From Chiloscyllium plagiosum (Eukaryota), in the NCBI RefSeq assembly GCF_004010195.1, contig NC_057749.1, positions 12,392,591 through 12,456,590 on the forward strand: a DNA stretch of 64,000 nucleotides, read 5' to 3'. The notes under the pieces are model-generated. The model did no database searches, was not told the DNA's origin, and saw only the letters and a program-made list of their open reading frames with translations. Every line of letters begins with the position of its first letter. Within the stretch, counting starts at the first letter, position 1. Shown piece after piece: positions 39,917-51,016 of the stretch. Both the position numbers and the translations under genes were made by a program.

Positions 39917-40315
39917 GCCAGTCCTGACTCAGTCAGTGCTTCTCTTAGCTCAGATTCAGAGAATTTGAGTTCAAGCCCTGTCACAATTCAGACTAACACG
40001 TGCAGTGCTATGACGCGGGAGTGTGGCACTACCAGATGAGATTTAAATCAAGGTCTAAACTGCCCTTTAAGGTCAATGTAAACGATCTTGTGGCACGATC
40101 TGAAGAACAGGGAATTCTCCCTATACAATGGACAATATGTATCCCACAAATAACATTAATTTGTACTTTGTCATTTGAGACTAGTGGGATCTTGCTGTGT
40201 GCAAATGGCTGCTACATTTTGTAACTGCGACCTCACTCCAAAACTATTCATTGGCTGGGAAACACTTTTAGGGATCCTGAGGGTTTGAAAGTTTCCAGAG
40301 AAATGCATGTTCTTC
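39917..40315 (+). mobile_element. Ancient Deu-domain-type SINE (SacSINE/AmnSINE-like)
   Basis: Decayed tRNA head (gagttcaagcc), then cagatgag...taaa...aaggtc, tgaagaacagggaattctccc, gtgggatcttgctgtgtgcaaatggctgc and an L2-like tail. Confidence 0.65.
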
Positions 40316-40715
40316 CTGTTTTAAATGTTAGGAAATTTATCTGTAAGCATGTTTGTAATCTGTTCGCATGTGCCTCTTACCTCATCTCCCTCTTCATTCC
40401 AGTCTTCCCCTCCTTGGCTATTCTTTCCTTCCTTTCCCATATTTGAGTATTGCTGGTGTGTCCAGTTGTGGTTCCAGCCCAGATGGATTCAAAGAGGAGT
40501 GATGGGTTAGTGAATGGCAGAGAGACATGGCTGTAGCAGTGTGGACAGCTCTAGATATTGTGGCTGAATCTTCAGATCAGTAGTGAGTAGCTTTCTTGGT
40601 TCATTTGGCTCAACACTATTTTGGGCAATGCCTTCACCTGTCGAACTAATAGCCAGTGTTTGAACGGTAGTGTCTCAGTGAAGTTTGTTTTATTGCAGTG
40701 CTGACTGAACATTTG

Positions 40716-40729
40716 GTCACCATGGAAAC
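40716..40729. promoter_or_regulatory. RFX X-box consensus match GTCACCATGGAAAC
   Basis: Exact match to GTHNYYATRRNAAC. Confidence 0.4.
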
Positions 40730-40829
40730 GTCTTTGTTAGTCCGTGGGTGTCATGCTGGGTTTGTACCTGTGCGAGTTCACAACTCTGAAGAAATCACTT
40801 GACTCATAAATATCACTTCATCCACAGAG

Positions 40830-43560
40830 CTTTATTTCGTTTCAAAAATATACTTCATTCATAAAATATCTTTCTATACAAACAGTATCACTGGAGCAGT
40901 TTGATTCTGTACAGTTTTTACATATGGAAAACAAACATAAGTCATTTCTTAATTATACAAGACTATATTTATGTGCATTTGAGGTATCGAGAGGATCCAA
41001 AAACTGAACAGACCCCCATTGTACTTCAGCAGGAAGAGCTCAGGCAGTGGGTCTTGCCTTACTGCACCTTGGGGCAGCTGCCTGAACTTTGTGTGTCCCT
41101 CAACATGTAATCCTGGACCTTGGAATGTGCCAGTCTGCAACACTCTGTCAAGGCCAACTCCTTGTTCTGGAAGACAAACATGTTTAAGCCAGAAGAAAGA
41201 GCATCTTTCACCAAGTTGATGGTCCTCCAGGAGCAGTCAATGTTTGACTGGTGTGGTTCCCAGAGAACAGACTGGAGATTACTGCGTCACCGAGATGCAC
41301 GGGATGAACCTCGACAAAAATAGCTGCATTTCTCTACAAACTTTCTTTGCAAAGGCACATTTTAGCAGGAGATGTGTGACAGTTTCTGCCCACCAACAAC
41401 TGCTTTGAGGGCAGCATGTGGTGATGCAGAGAGTTTGGGTTTACATGAAAGATGTCACAGTAGTCCCTTTCTTACCACCAGCCAAGAGATGTGTTGGTAC
41501 TTGTTGGAAAGTTCTGGTGATGAGGCATTCTCTGAAATAACTTTGACAGTCTGCTCAGGGAACCACACAACAGGATTCACGCTCTCTTTTTGCCCTTGAA
41601 TCTCCAAGATGCCATATGCTGACCATTTCCTGTTGGATTGTGGGCAAAGATGTTATCCTTTCCAAAATTGTCCATGAAGAACAGGTGGTATGGAGCAGTC
41701 AAACTACTTGGAGCGTTCTACAGCAATGAAGACACACCCATCCTTTGCCACACTGGGAATAGGTAGAACCTCATTACGTAGTGACATTTGTTGTTTACAT
41801 ATTGAGGGTCTGTGCATAGCTTGATGTAGCTGCACATGAAGGTGGCCATCAGGATGAGGGTGGCGTTGGGCATGTCCCTCCCTTGCCTTGTCCAGAGCTT
41901 TGTACATGGTTTCCCTGCAGACATGGTCAGTCTTAGACCTCAGACGAAGTGGAAGATGGCTCACGTGACTGCAATGATAGAAGTTCAGAGAATAGTCCAG
42001 AACTGCGCCACATACAACAGACAGAGTACCCCACACCTGATGACCAAGTTTTTACCCCAAAAGCTCAGTTTCTGACTCAGGTTGGCATGATGCTTCTCCC
42101 AAGTTGTTGCGTACTGCTTGGCCCCCACAAAACACTGAAATGATCATAACCCTGAGGAGTGCGAAGTTCTCTGAAATCGTCCTGCGCAGTACAGCACAGG
42201 TTTGATTGGGGTGAATCACCAATCTCAGAGGAGACATCGCCGAGTTGGTAATGACCTTAGAAATGATTTTGTAATCTGCATTTTGTTGCCGATTTCTAAT
42301 TTTTTCCCTCTCCTCCTTCCACTTGTAGATGAGGGTGATAATACCTTTCCTCATGGATTTGCTCATGGTACCTGACAGAAGCATACTGTTTTACACCCCC
42401 ATCAGGTCCTGGCCAATCAAGTCTCACAGAGCCGAATACAACTCGGCTGGTAAGCCATTGTTTCTGGGAGTTTTATTCATTTCTAAAGATTTGAGAACCT
42501 TGGTCAGTTTATCCAGAGATAACGGCTGATCCAGCCTGTCCTAAATGCTGTCCTCGAAGACCTCCGTGAGAGATGACAAGAGTGACTGGAAGGCCGTGCT
42601 GTCTGTGGGCTTAGTGTCATGCAGACTGACATAAATGGATTTGCTGACCCACAGTGTCAGACTGAGGTGACGTTACCGAGCCATCTGCTTTCTTCAGTCT
42701 ACTGAGAACAGAGCTCTCCCTTATGCCCCTTCTGGAAAACGAAACACAAGCACTGTCTTGTCCTGTTCCAAGGTGCGGAGCCCAGACCGGGAGATTATCT
42801 TGAAGGCCATTGAGGCAAAGAGCGCAGTTTGCTGGCTGTGCATCTCCTGGAGATCTTCCTGATGTCAGTCCCCATCATCTGCACTAGGAGTATGTTCTGC
42901 ATGGTTTTCTGGAGTTTGGAGAGTTCTCCTCGTCTCTCTCTTTTCTCTCTCCCTCTCTCTCTCTCTCTCACGACTTCTGAACATCTTTGAGGATAAAGAA
43001 TCTCTTGGTGTTCCCTTTGACTGTCTCCCACCAGTCCGCCAGAGGCTCAGAGGTGTTTCACGGTTCTCCAATTTCTGTAATCCTTTTTGCGCTCCTCAGT
43101 GTTTTCTGGGATCAACAGTTTTGACATCAGATAGGCTAGTACGATTGCAACATTTAAAAGGCATCTGAATGGGCATATGAATAGCAAGGGTTTGGAGGGA
43201 TACAGATTGGGTGCAGGCAGGTGGGACTAGATTGGGTTGGGATATCTGGTCGGCATGGACAAGGTGGACTGAACACAGACAGGAAATCTTGAACGGATAG
43301 ATCCATCTGGCTGTGGCCAGGTGTATTTACATTACACACTGTCCGTAGCGCAGCTCGATGACTTTAACCGTTTCCATCATGAATCTGGACATGGAGGCCA
43401 GTTTGCTGTCAGTCCTTCTGGATTGTCCATCCACATTGATGATGCAGCTGAAGTCTCCGGCCAAAATGAGCAACCTGGACTTTCCAACAGCAGTGGGAGC
43501 TGCTGCAGGATGGCCAGCCACTCACCTTTACTACTGACTGCCAAATGATAATAACATCTA
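40830..43560 (-). mobile_element. Degenerate Tx1/L1-clade LINE (APE endonuclease and RT remnants)
   Basis: Minus ORFs LLILAGDFSCII (APE) and RKGIITLIYK...NADYKIISKVITN...VIHPNQTCAV..RTISENFALLR (RT). A-rich 3' end at ~40830. Contains (TC)n at ~42933-42968 and a CR1 3' fragment at ~43135-43280. Confidence 0.85.
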
Positions 43561-45029
43561 GTCTGTGTGATACTGTGAACAATGCTGACATTGGCTGTTG
43601 ACCACTTTGAACCTGTTTCTCTTGTTCTAATTTCACAACATATATGTGGACTGAAAGTTGCCTGTTTTCATGCTGGAAATGCTCAACTTTCTGTAGTTCT
43701 TTGCTACATAACTTAGGATGTCACCAATTAGCCTTGTGTCTCTTTTCTGCACAAGCTCCTCAGTATTTCAGAGGTCAGAATCTGGGTAGAGTACTGAACC
43801 TGCATCCTAGTCTTCACTTTGGGTTCATTTAAAAATATAATGTACTTTTTGTGTTTGTTTTGACTGTGCTTCACCTGACTGAACCCATTGAGTAACAAAC
43901 CAAGATCTGGTTCACCTCCACACTGCTTGCACCGTGTTCAGTCAGTGCTTTTTCTCCTGGTGTGCAATGGCTGGTGTATACCTAAAACTGTTGTGAAATT
44001 TCGTGTGCCCATTTACTGATTTTATCCAACTGCTTTCAGTAACTTTTAGCTTCCTCATCACATTTCACTGCAGCCTGGATTTAGTCCTCTCAGGAAATCT
44101 GATTTATTTTTAATAGAAGCAATTGTGTGCATTTACATAGCACCTTATACTAAAAGGTCCCAAAATACTTTGCAGGATTGTTATAAACCAAAATTTGGCG
44201 CCAAGTCCCAGATGCTAGGTCAGAGAACAAAGTTTGTATATGACAGCAGAGTTTCATATGGAATTGGGTTTATTGGGTTAGAAGAAGATGGCAGACTGGC
44301 TGTAGATGTTGAGATAGTCCAATCTAATAGGTGGGAATGGTGGTTTCAGCAGCACATGAATCAAGGCAGGAACTGAGTTAGATGATGGAGGTGGAAGTTC
44401 ACCTCGGAGTCAAATGTTGAAAGCACGGTTGCAAGTGGTCTCATTCAACCTCAGGTAGTTGCAGTGTGAGGAGGTAAAGAGTGGGAGGTTTTAGTGTGGA
44501 CCAAAGACAATGGCTTTGCATTCCCAGTCTTCATTTGGAAGTAATTTACTGGATGTCACATAAATGGTGTGACAAATTACACTGAGTGGGAAGGTCAAGC
44601 AGCGTGGTGGTGAGATAGAGCTGGCAGCATAGACAGGAATCTGATAGTGTTTTCAAATGACGTCGCCGAGGGGCAGCATGTAAATGGGGAAATAATTCAA
44701 GTAATGATTGTAAGTTCCAACAATAGGGACCTCAACACTGACCCCTGGGATGTGCCATTCAATGTATCTCGCCAGAACCTTGAAAGGGGGAGGGAGAGGA
44801 TGTGGAGAAGGGAGAGGGACAGTGAGAAAGGGTAGAAGGACTGGGGGTTGTTTATTCCTGGGATCTAATTACATAGGGAGCCTTTTTCAAACCATGCTGT
44901 GTTGCAGTTATCCAAGAGGCAAGTCTCCATGAACTAGAGCTATGCTTAAACAAAAGCGAAGCTGTGTCTGCTGCAGGAAGTAGACAGACTCCACCCCACC
45001 CCCATTTTGAGGTCCCTCACTGACTGAAG

Positions 45030-45043
45030 GTAACCATGGAAAC
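45030..45043. promoter_or_regulatory. RFX X-box consensus match GTAACCATGGAAAC
   Basis: Exact match to GTHNYYATRRNAAC; ETS-like CAGGAAGT ~50 bp upstream; non-repetitive context. Confidence 0.45.
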
Positions 45044-47344
45044 CTTTGGCATGTGTAGCTTTATTCTCTTTCATTAGCCTGTGGATATGGGTTCCTTAGA
45101 TTCATGAAACATGCAGTACCCTGCACTGCCTTTAGTCAGGAGAAAAAGAGAGAGAGAACGTGCACTGAAAGATAGTGTGTGTCGGCAGGCTAGGAGGAGG
45201 CTATGGAGAGAGGGAAGGTTACTTCCTTCTGAAGGAGAGAGCTAACGAAGAGCACCCTGAAAGCACAATTACTGATAGGGAGTGAGTTTGGATACTGAGA
45301 AAATATGGCTGCTCTTAGGCCCATGTAAGAGACATTTCCCTAAGTTGTGATTTAAATGCCAATAATGTGTGATGGTGACTTTCTTAAGTTCCATGCACTG
45401 TCCATTTGAAAACTATCCTGCATTAAAAGAACATTGATTCACTGTTCTCAATTGGGAAGTGTTTACGGTGTATAGTTTGTGTATTGGTCTGTTATTGAGT
45501 GTGGGAGCTGTTTAAGATAATGAATGAAAAATCCCTCAGTGGAAACATATTAGCTTAAGAGATATGGTCATATTCTTGCTGCACAGTAATGAATTGTGGG
45601 TTTAAGTTGCACTCAGAGACTTGAATGCATGAATTTGTAGTAATCATAACTTGTATTTATAAAGTATCTTTAATGTCGTAAAACATCCCATGTTATTTCA
45701 CAAAAGGAATTATCAAACACTGAGCTACATAAGGAGTTTTTAGGTTAGTTCATAAGCTTGATCAAAAAGATTAATTTTAAGGAATGTCTTAAAAGAGGAA
45801 CAGGAAACACAGAAAGTTTAGGGCATTGGGATAAATAGGAGTGCTGCATTGTTAGAAATATCTTTCTTAGAGTGAAAGATCTTTCCTTCTTGGATACTGT
45901 TTATTCAAGCACATGTTTCAGTGCACCCCTGATCCAGGTAAGATTGGGAAGCTGAAAATGATTTCAGATTCAGTGTGCATTGATTCCCACCTTGCCCTGT
46001 GCATCACAGACAAAACCATCGCTGGTGAAATTCCCCTTCTATTTTTAAGCTGGTATTGACTAAATCAATGGATAAAACAATGAGGAGTTTTAATAAAGTA
46101 AGGAGAAAATATTCTCAAGAGAAATCAAGTTGGTAACTAGTGCATACAATTGAAGGAAATTGGCAAATGAACGAGGAGATGAGAAGTTGTTTTAAAGCAG
46201 TGAGGTGTTGTTTTCTGGAATGTGCTGCCTGAAATGACTGGAAGCAGGTTCAGTACTAATTTTCAAGAAAGACATTGTATTAATACTTGAAAAGGAGGTA
46301 TGTGAAAGTCAGTGGGGAGGAGGTGGGAGAGTGGGACAAATTGGATGGTACTTTCTCAAAGAGCTAGCACAGACATGCTGGGACAAACACTCTCTACTCA
46401 GTATCATCCAATGATACATACACATTTGTGATTTCAGAAACTTCTCATAAAAACTTGATTTATTTTTCCCTCTTTTTATTATGATACGTGGGTGCCATTG
46501 GCAAGACCAATATTTGTTTCTTATTATAATTGTTTTTTAATTGAGTGGCTTGCTCCGCTAGAGGACAGTTCAGATTCAACTACAGTGCTGTGGGTCTGCA
46601 GTCATATGTTGGCCAGACGAGGTAATGATGGCAGATTTACTTCTTTCAAGAATATCTGGGCATATTATAGGCTTTTGTGACAATTGATAGGTTTATGGTC
46701 ACCATTCAATTTCAAACTTTTAATTTTTTTATTAATTAATTTCAATTCCACCATGAACCCAAAGCATTCGTCTGGACCCCTGGATTTCTAGTCCAGTAAT
46801 TTTGCCATGAGACTGCCTCTGCCAGGGTGACCTTTGAAATTGCAGTTCAGCTTCAAATAGGGGCATAATGTAATGATATCTCAGCTGTGTATCTTCCTGG
46901 GCTACTGCACAGCAAATATGCTACTGCCTAGGGGAAGTTGTAAGACTGAAATCCCATTCATTTTCAGGTACCTCAAGTTGTTTTTACTGGGAGATCGTGA
47001 TTTGCCAGTTTGTAATTTGTCCACTAATGAATAGTTACTTTTACATGAGCTTCAAACAGCAGATAAGTGCAGAGAGTCACTTGGGCATTGTGGTTTGCAG
47101 CGTCAGCTTGGGTAATGAATAGGTTGGATGCATTGATTCAGATATACCAGTTTTGAGCCACAGTAGCACCTGGACATGGTGCACTTGTTCAACATATTGG
47201 CAGGATCAGTCTGGGCTCCAGCTCCTCTTCAGGATCCAGTGACCCCTTTTGGAAAGTTTTATATGTGTGATTGTGGCCTGAGGGATTTGGCTGCGTCGTA
47301 TATCTTGCCATCCTTTAAAGATCTTGAAAAACATTCATATTACA

Positions 47345-48253
47345 GAAGAGGTGGTGCTGGACATCTTAAAGGTGGATAAATCCCCAGGATTTGATCAGGT
47401 GTACCCAAGATGAGTGGCAGATGGAGTTTAATTTAGTTAAATGTGAGGTGCTATATTTTGGAAAGGCAAATCAGAGCAGGATTTATACACTTAATGGTAA
47501 GGTCCTGTGGGCTGTTGCTGAACAAAGAGACCTTGGAGTGCAGGTTCATATTTCTTTGAAGATGGGGTCACCGGTAGGATAGTGAAGAAAGCATTTACTG
47601 TTGCTTTCCTTTATTGGTCAATACATTGACTAAAGGAGTTGAGAGGTCATGTGGCTGTACAGGACATTGGTGAGGCCACTTTTGAAATACTGCACTCAGT
47701 TCTGGTCTCTCTGTTATAGGAAGGATGTTGTGAAACCCGAAAAGGTTTACAAGGATATTGCCAGGGTTGGAGGGTTTGAGCAATAGGGAGGGGCTGAAAA
47801 GGGTGGGGCTGTTTTCCCTGGAGCATCGGAGGCTAAAGGGTGACGTTATAAAGGTTTATAAAATCATGAGGGGCGTAGATAGGATAAATAGACACGGTCT
47901 TTTCCATGTCTTGGGGGGGGGTGGGGGTGGGAGGAGTTTGGTTTGGGGGGAGTCCACAACTGGAGGGCATAGGTTTAAGATGAGAGGAGAAGGATTTTAG
48001 AAGGGACTTAAGGGACAACTCTATGATATAGAGGATGATGCGTGTATGGAATGAGCTGCCAGAGGAAGTGGTAGAGGCTGGTACAATTACAACATTACAA
48101 AGGTATCAGGATGGGTATATGGAAAGGGAGGGTTGAGAGGGATATGGGCCAAGTGCTGGCAAATGGGACTACATAAATTTAGGATATCTGGTCAACATGG
48201 ACAAGTTGAACCTAAGGGTCTGTTGCTGTGTTGTACATCTCCATGACTCTATA
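47345..48253 (+). mobile_element. Degenerate, internally deleted CR1 LINE
   Basis: gtggataaatccccagga (DKSPG) joined to WQMEFNLVKCEVLYFGK...; ccatgactctata tail. Confidence 0.9.
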
Positions 48254-51016
48254 ACTGAGAGTGGATGTTTGACTGACCAGTCAGATACTGCTGACCCAAT
48301 AAGGATTACTGTCTTCAGACAGGAGAGCAGAATTTCCTCTTTTAATGTCTGTAAAGCGGATGCAGTACTCTGGCTGGTAAAATTAAACCCTGATCATGTT
48401 CTATCTGGACGTGTGATTGTTACAATACCTCTGAGGATCTCCATTTGGGGAGAGCTCCCTGTTTATTCCATCACCCTTCTTGTCTTCATTATCACTAATG
48501 TGAAACTTGTGAGATGCCATACATTGTGTTGAGGTCTCTGACCTATTTAGAAAAAAGGTCCCAAAACAGTCCTCTTGGCCTTGTTTCTGGTATTTGAAGA
48601 ATTCCTGTCCTTGTTGTTGTCAGTGAGCACTGTGTCCGATTCCTGCATCCGAGACTGTGTTAATGAGTGTTAGCCTGTCATCTCCTGCTCTGCTAATTAG
48701 TATTCATGCCTTGGCTGGTGTTGGGTGGTGTGACTGTTCTGGGACTGCACAGGGTCTCTATGTGGCTGTCACGATATAAGTGTGCCATTTATCTCTGTCT
48801 GCTTCCTCGCAGCCACTGTTTGCTGGAGGGAGCTGTGATCATACTGCGATGAATATTCAGCAGAAGGATGAGGTCGGGTTTGCTTTGCACTGATCTGTGA
48901 GGAGGAGGAATGTCACTTGCTTGACATTAATTTTCTTTCTGATGATCCTGTCCCTTGTACACATCCTATGAAGAGCTGACCCTTTCTGACGTCTGGTCCT
49001 ATAGCCACCAATATCCCCACCATAAGTGGCTGTTCCATCAATGGGGACAGGAGACGTGTGAAGGATATAGGTGCAATGGGACACCACATGTCACCCAATC
49101 CTCTCTTTGTCCACGTTTTTTTCAAATTGAGTGTGGTGAAGGTTTGTTTTGACGCACCTGAAGCACTTGCGAGAATTTGATGTTTAATGGTGTGTCTTTA
49201 AAGATGTGTTCAGTTAGTGTACTGCTGCTAAATGAGGACACTGTGCACCTGCAAGGGTGTGGGTGGAAGCAGCTCCTGTGTATCTGTTGATAAGATCCTA
49301 GAAGTGCTGGGGTAGATGTGTAAATACTACCTCTACCTGTTGGGATGATCTGTTCTAATCTGATTTTTCTCATTTCTTATGTAGCTTCATATGAAATACA
49401 TATGTCTTACACAATCATTTTTAAATTAAACACATCTGTTGTAGGTATTCCTCCCTATTCAATTTTTACCTTTCTTGAAAAGCTAACAAATATAATCATT
49501 TCTGCAGGTAGGAACTGGCCCCTTCATTTCTGTTTTGCTTTTGTAGGCTGATTAAGTGTTGACCATGGAGTTCTCAACAACTGCATAGAATGTTTAAGTC
49601 CTCTGATGCATAAAGATCTTACTGTTCTGCTTTAACATTTAACTGAACGTGCATTGGAGTTGGAATGGTCTCTGCTAGTGTGTAGTGGATCTCCATTGTG
49701 ACAACAGAACTATTATATCTTGATTAATCGTGAGAGACTTTGTCTGAGAACCATATTTAATTTTAATGGTATTGTTTTCTTGATAGTTGGAATGACTACC
49801 TTACTTTAGTATTGATCTGGTTTCTTTCTTATTGGGTATTGTGTGTTGATGCTTGTATAGTTTACTGTGGCTCAGCACATGAGGCATGCTGGGCCACAGG
49901 ATCAATCTTATACACAGGGAAGGAGCAGGCTTTATGTTTGGGTGCACAGGATTTGGGACTCATACGTGGAGATGTGCAGGTTTGTGAGAACACGCTGTTG
50001 ACATCAATTCTAGGCTTATGTTTGTCCAGAATCGATGTGTTGGTGTGGCTGCTAAGCTCAGTCCACCCAGGTTACTCATAGTGTTTTAACAGGTTTGTGT
50101 TCTCATTCTGACTGAAAAGTGATGTGGAAGGAAATATCAATGAAATATTTCCTGTTTTTCTTGCAATAAGTTCCTAATTTGAGTGGACTGTACAAGTGAA
50201 GAGGAAATGTGAATTGAACACAAACATCAGCACGTGGCTGACAGCATGCGGCCAGCTGAACTCCACCTCAGCCCACGTGCTCCAACAGAGTCTGGAGCCC
50301 TGCTGTGGCAGCAGCTCACTCCCGTTCACTGCTTCTGGAGAGATTGTATCAGTTCTATACACACACGAGAGCCAGGATCAACACTAATACTGCGACTATG
50401 TGTAAAATAGGATGCATCCTTCAGAATGCAAAACCTTGGTGACCCTGCACTATGCTGAGAATATCTTTTACACTCTCCTAGGGTGACAACTCTTTGCACC
50501 CCCTTCCCCTGAAGCTCTTTCCCCTTCCTAGGTAGTTTCTGACTCCCAGCTAGATTCCTCCTTGATCAATGAGTGTCAGCACAAGGTCACTTGTTGCTTT
50601 GTTACTGTGAGTTCCCAGAGGTTTATAGAGCCATGGTTTGCTCCGTCATTCTCCAAAAATACCTTAGTTTATTCATGTGCAAAGGATACAAAACAATATC
50701 TGAAATCTGAAATAAAACCAAAAATTTGGACATCATTCTCCTCCAACACTTTATTGCCTAGCTCTGTGGCAGAGTGCTTGCTTTTCCTTGGATCATTCCA
50801 GTTCTTGACCCAATTGCTGACCCTCGGCTACGCTGTTCTCAAAGACAATCAACTTCCACACGCACGCTATGCTAAGCTCATCTTTTTCACCACTTTTACT
50901 CTCCTGCCGCACTGCTTCTCTGACATTTAGACCTAGATTAGCTACAGTTTCCATTTGTTAAAGACTGGAAAGACTAAATCCATCTTCTTTATAAACTCTG
51001 TTTTCACCAGCCTTAC

